The notes: a model not told the origin generated them from the sequence alone. A DNA stretch of 64,000 bases from Mobula birostris (GCF_030028105.1 NC_092374.1:8980998-9044997), one strand, 5' to 3'. Counted from the first letter of the stretch, positions 1 to 12,469 are shown. Made by a program: numbers and translations.

Positions 1-214
1 TCCTCTGACTCCTTCCCCAAAAACCCCGTTCCCAGTCATATGATACAGCATTGTATCGGAAAACAAAATGACACATGACCACCCATTGGCTGATAGCACC
101 CTGCTATCTCTAATAACCCAAGCAAATGTCTAGTTAGAGACTGTCTCAGCATTCCCCAGTATAACATAACAAAATAAACCATTTTAAATTTAACAAAAAG
201 AAAGACCCCGTACA
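1..214 (-). repeat. Gypsy 3' LTR (partial)
   Basis: Matches 7495-7706. The terminus TGTACGGGG abuts a polypurine tract. Confidence 0.92.
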
Positions 215-226
215 CTCTCCCCCCAC
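215..226 (-). other. Polypurine tract (PPT)
   Basis: - strand reads gtggggggagag immediately before the LTR TG. Confidence 0.8.
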
Positions 227-235
227 CAATAAAAG

Positions 236-1960
236 TCATGCCCTCATGACGTTAACAGAGTTCACCAGTGCTCCTTGTAAAACACAAAACCCAACCCAGG
301 TGCACAAAGCAGTGACATAACCTCCCAGGGCAGTAGAGATCACACCCTGCTCTCCCGGCGCTGTATAAGTCAGTCTCTCCGGGGGATGTCTACGCCTCTG
401 AGGCCTCTGGACTTCCTCTGCTGACTCTCCCTGTTCAGACACCCCAGGTGACCTCCCGGGCCTATCTGTCGGACCCTCCCCCTCACCGGGACCCCTCAGC
501 CCCTGTGAGCCCTCTGCCTCAGGTTCTGGTTCCACCCTCTCCTCCCCCAATCCCGGCTGTAATACAAGCGGCTCTGCAACACCCTCCCTCGGTTCCCCTA
601 ACTCAGTGATGGAAGGGCCAGGAGTCTCTTCTCCCGGCACTGGGGAATCAACGAATGGAAACAGGTACCACACGTCTGAATCATCATCTTCCGATGACGT
701 ATCCCTTCTCGAGGTGGGGATCGGCCCCGTCTCCTTCACAGCGGGCTCTTCCCTCGCCCCGCGCCCTCGCAGAGTCCTCGTACTAGGCGTAAACTCCCAT
801 TCGAGCTCTGAGTCTACCTTCACCTCTCGACGCAGAGGCAACAGGTGGTTCCGATGGAGTACCTTGACAGGCCCCTCCCCATCCTCAGGTCTCACCCGGT
901 AAACAGGGAGATTCGGCATCTGACTCTCTACCACATAGGGGGTGGCTGCCCAACAGTCCGCCAACTTGTGCTTACCAGGTAGTCCTAAATTCCGGATAAG
1001 GACTCGGTCTCCCGTCAATAGCTGGACGAACTTTACTTTCTGATCATACCTCTTCTTATTCCGCTGGTTCTGCTTGGTGGCTGCCGCCTCAGCCAACTCG
1101 TACACCCTTTTCAACTCTCTCCTCGTATCGGACACGTACATCAGACATGGCTTCGAAGGTATTTCACCCGCTCCAGTCCCAAAACACAGATCAGTAGGCA
1201 ACCTCGCTTCCCGTCCGAACATCAGATAGTAGGGCGAGTACCCCGTAGCATCATTGCGAGTACAATTGTAACAATGAACCAAATGGGCAATGTGCTGACT
1301 CCACTTACTCTTCTGTCCAATCTCCAAGGTGTCGAGCATGTCCAGCAGGGTCCGGTTAAACCTCTCGGGCTGAGGATCACCCTGCGGGTGATAGGGGGTG
1401 GCTCTGGATTTCTCAACCCCAAGCATATCCAGTAATTCATGGATAAGCCTGCTCTCGAAGTCCCGTCCCTGATCACTGTGGATCCGCCGGGGAAGGCCAT
1501 AATGAACAAAGTACTTCTCCCACAACACCTTCGCCACTGTAGTCGCTTTCTGATCCTTAGTAGGAAAAGCCTGCGCATATCTAGTGTAGTGATTCGTGAG
1601 GACCAAAACATTCGCGGTATTGCTGGTGTCCGGCTCAATAGACAGGAAATCCATACATACCAGGTCCATGGGTCCTGCACTCTGCAAGTGGGACAGAGGA
1701 GCCACCTGCGGAGGCAAGGTCTTCCTCCTGATGCAACGACTACAGGTCTTACAGTATTCTTCCACCTCCCCCCTCATCTGGGGCCAGTAAACCCGGTCCT
1801 TGACTAATCCATAGGTCTTCTCTACCCCTAAGTGCCCAGAATCATCATGTAGAGCCTGGAGCACAGTCTTCTGATACTTCTCAGGCATGACCAGCTGCCA
1901 GTGCCGGGGGTGGTCCGGAGGCGACGTGACCTGGTACAGGACGTGGTTCTTCAGCTTCAA
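236..1960 (-). pseudogene. pol: Gypsy integrase region
   Basis: HHCC zinc finger (HDDSGH...CKTC), rve core (DLVCMDF, IHSDQG, ERFNRTL). Confidence 0.93.
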
Positions 1961-2250
1961 CCGAGGCCACTCCTTCAGTAGTAGGGGAACGGAGGCATGC
2001 TTCGCCTTCTACACCTGCCCCATATCACCCTGGCTAACGGCGTACCAGATAGCGCCAATGCTCGGGTCATCACGCTGAGCCGCCTCCACTTCCTGGGGAC
2101 TCAGCTCCGGCAGCCGCCTGTTCCTCAGAGCAGTCACATTACAGTAAACAGTGGGTAGCGCGTCACCGTCAGCCCCCAGTTGATCTACTGCCCGATCCGT
2201 TCCCATCTGTGCTCCTACTTCCCCGTCGCTTCCAACTTGACACATGGCCT

Positions 2251-3701
2251 TTACTCCCTGGGCAGGGACACTCTTCCACTCCTCGGCCGTGCCCGACGAG
2301 ACAGGGCATCTGCATCGATGTTCCGACTCCCCGGGCGGTACTTCAGGCTGAACTCATAGGCAGACAAGGCTGCTAACCACCGGTGCCCAGTAGCCTCCAG
2401 CTTCGCCGAGGTCAGGATATAAGTGAAGGGGTTGTTATCAGTTCTCACCTCAAACTGGGCCCCGTATAGGTAGTCACTCAACTTGTCCACCACCGCCCAC
2501 TTCAACACCAAGAACTCCAGCTTGTGAGTGGGATAGTTTCTCTCAGATGGCGACAAACTCCGACTGACAAACGCCACCGGCCTCAATCCATTGCCCTGTT
2601 CCTGGTACAGGACAGCCCCCAGACCCTCGTGACTGGCATCAGTGTGTAGAACATACGGCTTCCGGGGATCAGCAAATGCCAACACTGGGGCCTGTGTCAG
2701 CACCCTTTTCAGAGATTGGAACGCCTCCTCACATTGAGCATCCCACCTCAATCCAAAAGGCTCCCCCGGGTTCAAGTATCCTCCTACCTCCGGCCCTCGG
2801 TCTCCCTTCCTCTTTCTCCCCACTGGTGGATAGCCACACAACAGCTGGTTCAATGGATGACTCATTTTCGCATTTCCTTTCACGAATCGCCGGTAGTATC
2901 CACAAAACCCCCAAAACGAGCGTAAGGCGCTCACCTTCTGAGGTCTCGGCCAGGTGGTGACTGCGGCTATCTTACCCGGATCAGTGGCCACTCCATTGCA
3001 CGAGATTATGTACCCGACATAACTGACTGACGTCTTGCAGAACTGACATTTATCCAGGGAAAGTTTTAACCCTTCCTCCTTCAGCCGACTCAGCACCTTC
3101 AGCAGCCGCTCCTCATGTTCCTCCAACGTAGATCCAAACACTATCAGGTCGTCCAGGTACACCAATACCTCCAGCAGGTTCATGTCCCATACTGTCCGCT
3201 CCATGCGCTGCTGGAAGGTGGCTGGGGTCCCCGAGATGCCTTAGGGCATTCGTTCAAACTGGAAAAACCCCAGGGGGCTGATAAAGGCCGTTTTCTTTTT
3301 ATCGATCTCACTCATCGGAATCTGGTAATACCCACTCCGCAAATCCAATACGCTGAACCACGGCGCCCCACTCAGACAGGCCAAGGCATCTTCCACCCTC
3401 GGGACCGTATATTGGTCGGGAACAGTGCGCCGGTTCAGGGTCCTGTAGTCCATGCACATGCGTACCTTCCCATTTTTCTTCCTTGCCACCACTATGGGGG
3501 CGCATAGGGGCTTCGGGACTCCGCAATAATCCCTACGTCTTTCAGCTGCCGCACATCTTCCACATCTGCTGGGGCCAACCGCCGCGACCTCTCCCTAAAC
3601 GGGGTGTCATTTGTCACCCGAATAGTGTGCCGAGTGCTCTTGGAACACCCTACATCAAACTCGTCCTGAGAAAAGACATCCCTTAACTTCAGCATCTTCA
3701 C
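2251..3701 (-). pseudogene. pol: Gypsy reverse transcriptase/RNase H, split over frames
   Basis: RMCMDYRTLN, LDLRSGYYQ, YLDDLIV, HTDASHEGLGAVL, DNNP, DALSR; ORFs 3492-3701, 3241-3492 and 2251-3204. Confidence 0.93.
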
Positions 3702-3744
3702 CAGCCTGCTCTTATACGCCGGCGGTACAGGGGAGTCTTCAAAA

Positions 3745-4670
3745 TTAAAGGCCTTCTCGGTCAGCCGCCCCCTCGTTTCCCAATAGTTTTCCTCCAGTGG
3801 GCTTCACGGGGGCGCTGGACATCACCGTCACCGGGAACAAGTGCGCGAGGGGCATCCCGCGGTTAAAGGTGATCTCCCGCTCCGTAATGTTCCTTACAAT
3901 CGCCCCCATCCGCCGTGCCTGTACAGCTGAGGGCCTCTGCAATTCAGGTCTCACCAGCGCCCCAGCCGGGAACCGGGACTCCCCTTCCAAGTCGTCGGGG
4001 GCGTCTACTAGCAGGGCCTCGCCCGGCGGTAATCCGGGGAATCTGGGAGTCCCCATCACTAATGCCGCCTCCCCTGGCCGTATCACCTTAGGCCTCGCCT
4101 GAGTGCACCACACCGCCCTCGTTTGCACTCAGGATCCAGACCCTGGGGGTCACCCACTCCTTCGTACACCACTCGGAACACTGGGTGTACCGAGAGGGTC
4201 TCCAGAAAGTTCTCCCCCGCCTTCTCCTTACAAGCTCCCAAAAGCCGTCGCACCAGAGGGGAGTTAGTCCCCACTAGCAGGGCAGCGCCACCGGTTTCCA
4301 CCGGGTCCGGACAAACCAACACCAGCGTCTCAAAGGCTTCCGACACTCCCACATCTCCCTCCGAAAATTCCAATCTCACTGACAAGTATCCATCGTACGG
4401 GTAATCACCATCACTTATGCCCCAAATCTCCAATGCATTAAACGGAGTTACTGGCAAATGCTTCAGATATTTGTTGTAGAATGACCGGTACAGTAAGGTA
4501 ACCTGCGACCCGGTGTCAAGGATGGCTTTCGCAAAGATTCCCTCTATCCGTAGGGACACGCTGGAACGGGGTCCCACCAGTCCATCAGGAATTTGGGCTT
4601 GTTCTTTCTGGGGTTCCATAGCTGTTTTCTGGGAACGTGTTCCTCCCGAGACTCCAGTCCGTTCCCTCAC
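3745..4670 (-). pseudogene. pol: Gypsy aspartic protease plus downstream beta-rich, dUTPase-like linker
   Basis: AILDTGSQVT protease motif in 4083-4670. ORF 3745-4128 has VIRPGE...AIVRNITEREITFNRGMPLAHL, resembling a dUTPase-fold relic. Confidence 0.8.
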
Positions 4671-5984
4671 TGAGCCTCTCCTAAGTTTCCCGACACCTCT
4701 CCCTTCTTAGTGGCCCGGGAGCCCTCCCCCCTCGGAGCATCTCGTCTCTCACAATCCCTCCGCAAATGACCCGCTTCCCCACAGCGGTAGCACACCCCCG
4801 GCCACTCACATTCCCGCCGGAAATGCCCCTCTCTCCCACAGTTATAGCACCCGCTACCTGCCGCCTCTCTCCTCCTGATACGCCCCCCCCCCCGGGACCC
4901 CTTGGATTTCTCTGATCTCACCCCGGCTACCACCTCCTGAACCGCTGAAGCCCTGGCCCAGGGGTCCGAGCCCCCTGGTCGGCCCGAAGCACTCTCCTCT
5001 GCCCGTACCTCTCTAGTCAGCTGCCCGAATGATGGAGGGGGGCTCCGCTTAAATGACTGCCGGATACTCCAAGCCACCCTGTCATCCTCCCGGGAACCTC
5101 TACATATCTGGCTCATCCTCAACTTCGCCACTTCGTCCGCCCTCACTACCCCTCGGCACCGCAGCCCCGTAAGCTTCCCTTCCAGCCGGAAAACTTATTC
5201 TGAGAGCTTTTCCCCTCTTCTCTGCCCCATTTGTTGAAACCCCGCTAAATGTTTCCAGGGATCTCCCGACAGTCCAAACACTTCCTCCAAAGCGTCCAAG
5301 CACTCCGATAGGGAAGCCGAAGGGCGTTCCGCTCCCAAATCGCGGGGAAACACGGGCCGCCCCGCCCCTTAAGCTTTCCATCAATCGCTGTCTCCTTTCC
5401 TCATCCAAAACTGGCCACACCTCTAACAACTGGGATGTATCCTCAACCCAGGTCTCATATTCCTCCTCCCCTTCCGGGGTGGGCCTGGCTTCCGAGAAAA
5501 TTCTCAGCTTCGGGCGGGTCCCCTCAACCCTTCTCGCCAGGGAGGTAATGGCAGCCGCTAACTTGGCAGTCTCAGCACGTCCATGGGGACGGGGCCTGGC
5601 CAAACCTTCCCACTCCACACCTCCAACCCTGGCTACTGGCACCTCTCCTGGGGCGTCATCTAGCTCCTCCTCCGGCACCTCCTCACTTTCGTCCTCCGGG
5701 AGGGTGTGGAGATCCCACGGCCCTGCCTCCCGCTGGACGTAGACTGTCGCTGGTAGTTCCAACGTCATGACGTCGGCACTCGTCTGCACCAACTTCCAGC
5801 TGGACTCCAGTTCTTTCCCACACCTTCTAGCTACAAGCTCTACCTGCCCGATACCTTTAATCAGACTCAACCCTCGCACCAGTACATCTGCTGGAATGCG
5901 ATAATCGACCCCAGTTAACACGCACGCATGATTCACCGGTACCTCCTCCAATTCACACCAAGTTACAATCCTATCTCGATCCAT
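4667..5984 (-). pseudogene. gag: Gypsy gag, PNMA-type capsid with two CCHC zinc knuckles
   Basis: Likely start ATG at 5984 (MDRDRIVTW), downstream of the PBS. PKLRIFSE...EEEYETW...LMESLRG is PNMA-like. Knuckles CYNCGREGHFRREC and CYRCGEAGHLRRDC follow after a frameshift. Confidence 0.9.
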
Positions 5985-6033
5985 CTTCACACTACTTACC
6001 GCAACGACAAGTACAACTTTACCGAAAATCCAA

Positions 6034-6053
6034 ATCCAGGACGGTAGCCCCCA
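6034..6053 (-). other. Primer binding site, tRNA-Pro-like
   Basis: TGGGGGCTACCGTCCTGGAT lies 2 nt after the LTR end (...TTACA) and resembles the tRNA-Pro PBS TGGGGGCTCGTCCGGGAT. Confidence 0.7.
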
Positions 6054-6055
6054 CT

Positions 6056-7706
6056 TGTAACGTTCCGTTATATTGGCTCGTATATGTCTAGGGGAAATCC
6101 CGCCCAGCACCTGCCTCAACACTTCCCACAGTGTCGGTCGCCGCCCGAATCAATCCTAAACATCAGTCATCAGCCAGCACACCCAGTAAATTTTAACAAA
6201 TACACTTTATAGATATTACTAATTCTTTTTTTTTAATTTTATTTTTATTTGGATAAGGAATTCACAAATATCATGTACTTTTTTCACACATATAACCTTT
6301 TCCATTTTTTATATGTATAAAACAACAATTATTTATACATTCTTAAGTACACATTGAGATGATATAAAAGGAAAATAAACATTTAAATAGATAATTATGT
6401 ACTGTGGTAAATCTAACCTATTAGGCTAAGTAATGGAATTAGTTGTTAAGAAAAATGGTAATAATAGTTTCCATATAACCCTTCTGGACCATTTCCACTG
6501 ATCCAAAATGTTGTATATAAGCCTATGTATCAACCATTGTAGGTGTTTATATCCTAATTTGTTCATGCTTGCTCCTGCCCGCAGACATAATTATCCAATC
6601 CCTATGTACTTATTTACTTAATTTTTTCATCCCTTTCCCAAATCTTTCCCTTTACTTGTGTTAATTCTCTATTTTCCAAAAGAAAACAAAAAAAAAACAA
6701 ACATTTAGACTAGGGGTGCTTACGTTAGCAATATTACTGTGTTGATAAGAAGAACAGTTTAAATCATTAGGAGAGTCATCTAAAGTCTGCTCGCATTGGG
6801 GTTATATATTCAATCCATTTATTCCAGATTTGATATAATTTTTCTTTTTGAGATCTCAGGGAGTAAGTCAACTTTTCCATTTTAAATATTTCCAAGATAA
6901 TTTCGTACCAATCTTCTAATGTAGGTGGTATTGGATTTAGCCATTTTCTAGTGATTGATTTCTTACTTGCCGCTAAGAGGGCCTGCAGCAACTTTATATC
7001 TTCCTTCTGTTCAAGAAACAATACATGCCCCAAATAGAGCGTCTCAAAGTTCAGAGGTATCTGGGACCTAAGTACCTTAACTAATTTTCTATGAATACCT
7101 TCCCAAAATAGACTTAATTTAGGGCAATCCCAAAAAATATGAAAATAATTTGCCTCCTTGGAGCCGCACCTTCTCCAACACATCACATTTGTATCTTTAT
7201 GACATTAATTCTATGACATTAATATACACTTGATACAAAAAAATATAAAAAAGGCGCCAACACTTATCAAAGTCCAAGTTCTTCGCGCGCTGCTGTTGGA
7301 GCTCAATCCAATTCAGACGACCACCTGGATCCTGTCGACTCACGGATCAGGACCACCCGGAGTGATCGACCGGACCCTTTCGCACGTCCGCCGTCCTCCC
7401 CGTCTCTCCTCCGACTCCCCCCAAAACCCCCGCACGCCCGCCGTCCTCCTCGTCTCTCCACCGACTCCCCGTCTCTCCTCCGTCCTCCCAGTCTCTCCTC
7501 CGACTCCCCGCCAAAAACCCCGTCCCCAATCATATGATACAGCATTGTATCCGAAAACAAAACGATACATGACCACCCATTGGCTAATAGCACCCTGCTA
7601 TCTCTAATATCCCAAGCAAATGTCTAGCTAGAGACTTTCTAGCATTCCTCAGTATAACATAACAAGAGAAGCCATTTTAAATTTAACAAAAAGAAAGACC
7701 CGTACA
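6056..7706 (-). repeat. Gypsy 5' LTR, interrupted by an L1 fragment; contains short GC-rich tandem repeats (~7390-7520)
   Basis: TG...CA termini and homology to 1-214. About 660 bp remains after removing the L1 insert. Confidence 0.88.
6227..7205 (-). mobile_element. 5'-truncated L1-clade LINE inserted in the LTR
   Basis: ORF2 C-terminal CWRRC...HIFWDC zinc knuckle (6776-7186), T-rich tail at 6225-6250, candidate TSD taattct at 6220-6226 and 7206-7212. Confidence 0.88.
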
Positions 7707-8790
7707 TTGGTTTCCACCAGAGGGAAGGATGTGGAGGGTGGAGAGTTAGGGGAAGAGTACACTGAGCCTTTGGAACATGTCTCTAGAAGGAAGGAGGAGA
7801 TCTCACTTATATATCTTATTTAGCGATAAGGCTCAGAACAGGCCTTTCCTGCCCAAGGAGCCACACCATCCAGCAACACGCCTATTTAACACTAGCCTCA
7901 TCACAGGACAATTTACAGTGACCAACTAATGTACTGAGCAGTCTGTCTTTGGACTGTGGGAGGAAACAGGAGCCCTGAGGGAAACCCACGTGGTTAGTGG
8001 GAAGAATGTACACACCCCTTACCGATGGAGCTGGAATTGTGCTCTGAAATCTGGAAGACCCCGAGCTGTAATAGCATCATGCTAACTGCTAGACCTCCAT
8101 GGTGTTGGCACACATTAACGTGACCAAATCCCCAGGGCCTGATGGGATTTTCTCAGGATGCTATGAAAAGCAAGGGAGAAGACGGAGGCTCCACATTCGT
8201 TCTTGCATCTTCATGAGAAACACCTGAGGTCCCAAACGGCAGTTGAATAGATAATGCTCTTTCTTTAAACTACATGCCACTCAGCCTTACATCAGTAGTC
8301 TGGTAATGACAGGAAAAGGACCTAAGAGACAGAATATACATTCACCTGGAAGTGCATGGACTGGTAAAGAGAAATCAACATGCTTTAGTTCAGAGGGAAA
8401 GATTTGTCGCAAATCCAAGTATTTTTAGCTAAGAAAGTCGATGAAGGCTGGGCAGTAAACATGTTTTACATGGACTTAAGCAAAGCCTCAGAACAAGTTG
8501 CACATTCTGGTACTGAAAGTCAGGGCAGATGGCATCCAAGCTGTGTTTTTTAATATTTCTTCTTTAGTGATACAGCATGGTAACAGGCCCTTCTGGCTGA
8601 ACATGTCTGTTCCACTCTTTAACACCCACGTGGCCAATTAACCTGTTAACCTGTACGTCTGTGGGCGGTGACTGTGGGAGGAAACTGAGTACCCGGTGGA
8701 AATCCATGCAGTCATGGGGAGAACATACAAACTCCTCACAAGCAGCCGTGGAATTGAAGCCAGGTCACTGGTGCTAATAGCATTACTCTT
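7707..8790 (+). repeat. Segmental duplication of 56988-~58085 (intron between the two V exons)
   Basis: Direct, collinear match including unique sequence, two SINEs and an old CR1 relic. Confidence 0.92.
7830..8100 (-). mobile_element. tRNA-derived V-SINE (HE1-like); further copies ~8575-8790(-), 27270-27545(-), 53680-53950(+), 53980-54170(-), 57110-57380(-), 57860-58085(-), 60560-60830(+)
   Basis: V-domain core GGGTTTCC...GTTTCCTCCCACAGTCCAAAGAC with a tRNA-like head. Boundaries approximate. Confidence 0.75.
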
Positions 8791-8799
8791 ACTGCCATC

Positions 8800-9960
8800 A
8801 GGTTGGTATTGGGTCTCAAGAGAGTAGGTTTGTTGAATGCCTAAGAGGTGGCATTTTAGAGCAGTTTGTTGTTAAGTCTACTAGGGGATCAGCTATACTT
8901 ATCAGGCAGCTTAAGGTAAAAGAACCCTTAGGAGACAGTGATCAAAATATGATTGAATTGAACTTGAAATTTGATAGGGAGAAAGTAAAGTCTGACGTAT
9001 CAGTATTTTAGTGGAGTAAAGGAAATTACAGTTATATGAGAGAGGAGTTGGCCAAAGTAAATTGGAAGGAGTTACTGGCAGGAATGACAACAGAGCAGCA
9101 ATGGAATGAGTTTCTGAGAAAAATGAGGACTGTGCAGGATATACGTATTCCAAAAAGAAATAAATACTCAATGGCAAAATATTACATCTGTGGGTGACAA
9201 GCAAAGTCAAAGCTAATGTAAATGCAAAAGAGACGACATAAAACAAAGCAAAAATTAGTGGGAAGGTAGAGGATTGGGAAGCTTTTAAAACCTACAGAAA
9301 GCAACTGAAAGAATCATTAGGAGGGAAAAGATGAAATATGAAAGCAAGCTAGCAAAAAATATCAAAGTGGATAGTAAAAGCTTTTTCAAGTATGTAAAAA
9401 ATAAAACAAGAGAAGAGAGTGGATAATGGACCACTAGAAAATGAGGCCAGACAAAAAAAATAACTGGGGACAAGCAGATGGTAGATGAACTAAATGAGTA
9501 TATTGCATTTGTCTTCACTGTGGAGGACACCAGCAGTATGCCAGATGTTGAAGGGTGTGAGGGAAGAGAAGAGAGGCAGTTACTATTACAAGGGAGAAAG
9601 TGAAAGAAAAGCTGAAAGACCTAAGGGTACATAAGTCACCTGGACCAGAGGAACTGCATGCTATGATTCTGAAAGAGGTAGTGGTAGAAATTGTGGAGGC
9701 ATTAGTAATGACCTTTCAAAAATCAAAAGCCTGGTGCCAGAGGACTAAAAATTGCAAATGTCACCCCACTCTTTAAGAAAAGAGGAAGTCAGCAGAAAAG
9801 AAACAATCGACCAGTTAGCCTGGTTGGGAAGATGTTGGAGTCAATTGTCAAGGATGAGGTTATGGAGTACTTGGTGACACAGGACAAGATAAGACAAAGT
9901 CAGAATGGTTTCTTAAGGGAAAATCTTGCCTTACGAACCTGTTGGAAATCTTTGGTATTC
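8800..9960 (+). mobile_element. Degraded CR1 LINE (end of endonuclease to start of RT)
   Basis: Fragments equivalent to CR1 ORF2: KSPGPEELH, NVTPLFKK, RPVSL, SQNGFLKGKSCLTNL. Confidence 0.8.
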
Positions 9961-10089
9961 TGTCTCCCAATCTGCTCCTCGGTATCTCTGCTGCCACCAG
10001 GGGGCCTATAGAATACTCCCAATAGAGTAACTGCTCCCTTCCCAGAACAAGGATCGGTTCTGGGACCTCCACTTTTCATGATTTTTATT

Positions 10090-10910
10090 AACAACCTGGA
10101 CTTCCATCCATACTGACTCAAAAGGGGATCCTGTTACATTACCCACCCTTTCAGTAGCTGTAATAGTATCTCTGACCAGTAATGCCACCCCTCCTTCCCT
10201 TTTTCTGCCCTCTCTATCCCTTTTAAAGCACTGAAATCCAGGAATATTGAGAATCCATTCCTGCCCTGGTGCCAGCCAAGTCTCTGTAATGGCCACTACA
10301 TCATAATTCCATGTATGTATCCAAGCTCTCAGTTCATCACCGTTGTTCCTGATGCTTCTTGCATTGAAGTACACGCTCTTTAGCTCTTCTACCTTACTAC
10401 CTTTACACCATTTATTCTGCTTCTCTTTCCTCAAAGATTCTTTATATGTCAGATCTGGCTTTACTCCATGCACTTCTTCCCCTGCTCTATCGCTCCAGGT
10501 CCCATCCCACTTGCAAATTCGTTTAAACCCTCCCGAACCATGCTAGCAAACCTACCTGCAAGGATAGTTCTCCCCCTTGAGTTCAGGTGCAACCCATCCA
10601 ATCTGTACAGGTCCCACCTTCCCCAGAAGAGATCCCAGTGATCCAAAAATCTTAAACCCTGCCCCCTGCGTCAATTCCTCAGCCACGCATTCAACTGCCA
10701 TCTCCTCCAATTCTTACCATCACTGTCACGTAGCACTGGCAGCAATCCTGAGAACGTTACGCTTGAGGTCCTGTTCTTCAGCCTTCTGCCTAGTTCCCGA
10801 AACTCACATTTCAGGACCTCATCCCTCCTCCTGTCTATGTCATTGGTACCAACATGTATCATGACTTCTGGTTGCTTTCCCTCTCGTACCAGGATGTCAT
10901 GCACCCGGTC
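10090..10910 (-). mobile_element. CR1 5' fragment: ORF1 SGNH esterase and start of ORF2 APE
   Basis: HVGTNDI...SGLLPV (10671-10904); YFNARSI...VAITETWL (10006-10473). Confidence 0.85.
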
Positions 10911-10914
10911 AGAT

Positions 10915-12110
10915 AAATAGAGTGAGGAAAGTATAAGGCATGCTTGCCTTCATCAGTCAGGACATCGAGTATAAAAGTTAGGTTGGATCATATTTGGAGA
11001 ATTGTATGTAGTTCTGGTTGCCACATTACAGGAAGTATGTGGAGGCTTTGCACAGAGTGCAGAAGAGGTTCACCAGGATGCTGCCTGGATTAGAGAGTAA
11101 TATCTCTAAAGAGAGGCTGGACAAACTTTATTTATTGCTCTGGAGAATAAGAGGCCGAGACGTAACCTGATAGAAGAATATAGATTTATGACTGGCATAG
11201 ATGGGATAAGCTGTAAAGTTCTTTTTCCCAGGATTGGCATGAAACATGCGAGGGTGAGGTGAGAGATGGAAAGTTCAAAGAAGATTTAAAAGATAAACAC
11301 AAGAGATTGTGCAGATGCTAGAAGTCTTGAGGAACACACATAAAGTGCTGCAGAAACGAGCAGGAGAGGAATAAAGAATTGACGTTTGGGGCCGAGACCC
11401 TTCAGCGGGGGGTGCCTGAAATGCACTGCCCCAGTGATGTTTTAGAACCAGACAAGATATGGCATTTGGGATATTCAAGTGGGCGCCTGAAAAGGCAGGG
11501 AATGGAGAGAAGTAGACCATGTTCAGGTCGATGGGATTGATTTGCTTTGGCACCAGAGTTCATGGCTCAATGTTCTTCGTTCTTTTCTTGGAGATTTGCT
11601 TTGCACCTTGGAGAGGGTTCAGAGGAGGTTCACGAGAACGATCCTATGAATGAAACAATTAATGTATTAGGAGCATTTGTTGGTTCTGGGCCTGTACTCA
11701 CTGGAGCTTAGAAGAGTGATGGAAGTTCCCATTGAAACGTATTGAATGTTGAAAGTCGTAAGTAGAGTGGACATAGAAGGGATGTTTGCAGTAGTGGGAT
11801 AATCTAGGACAAGAGGGCAGAACAGAGCCTCAAAATACAAGAATGACCAATGAGGACAGAGTTGAAGAATAATTTATTTAACCAAAGGGTGGTTAATCTG
11901 TGGAATTCATCATCACAGATGGCTGTGGTGACTAAATGGTTGGGTATGGACAAAGCAGAGATTGACAGGGTCATGACTAGTTTGGGTGTCAAATGTTACT
12001 GGGGCAAATCAGAGAATGAGGGTTGAGATGGTTAATAAATTGGTCATAAAGGAACGGCAGAGAACACATGCTGGACTGAATGGCTCATTTCTGCCCCTAT
12101 GACTCATGGT
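10915..12110 (+). mobile_element. Degraded CR1 3' fragments with an intervening Penelope terminal fragment (~11295-11405)
   Basis: RRFTRMLPG and RVVNLWN-like remnants; Penelope terminal repeat motif. Confidence 0.7.
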
Positions 12111-12315
12111 CTTGTGTCCAAGTCTCTTCCCTCAGCTGTGTAACACTGACTTGTGTATAACAAAAGCAATATTTCCCATTCTTTGTCATGCTGTGATGAG
12201 ATCAAGGCCAACACATCCCCTTCCCATCCATGTCCTTCTAGTCATATCCTATTGTGGTTTCTGCCCTCAAATCTCAGTTCTTTTTCCCTCCTTTGCCTTG
12301 GAACAATTCCAAAAG

Positions 12316-12469
12316 ATGTTCTGAGCATGTGTACTCAACCTTGGGCCAGTTAGCAGATGATGTGAAAGTAAATGGGAACTTAATGATAACTAGCCCAGGA
12401 TTAAGTCAGAAAGCTCAGAACCTTGTTTTGAATGGTTCCCAAGCAAAGGAGGAACAATGGTCTCTGTGA
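12316..12469 (+). CDS. Candidate terminal cytoplasmic-tail exon with YxxL motif (CSEHVYSTLGQ...WSL*)
   Basis: Pyrimidine tract, then AG at 12314-12315; phase-2 entry; open for 50 codons; non-repetitive sequence. No upstream TM exon found on this strand. Confidence 0.3.

Larger units (their letters stand above)
1..7706 (-). mobile_element. Ty3/Gypsy LTR retrotransposon, near full length, multiply frameshifted; 3' LTR truncated by the window edge
   Basis: Order on the - strand is LTR, PBS, gag, PR, RT, RH, IN, PPT, LTR (integrase last = Gypsy order). Both LTR copies start TGTA (7706 and 214). Confidence 0.95.

Noticed and set aside
606-5742. Numerous + strand ORFs over the Gypsy element
   Set aside because: These are antisense shadows of GC-rich gag/pol sequence with no independent motifs.
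7230-7607. ORFs and short repeats in the LTR resembling a repeat-spacer array
   Set aside because: These are degenerate GC-rich tandem repeats within an LTR in vertebrate DNA, with no spacers or cas genes. Not CRISPR.
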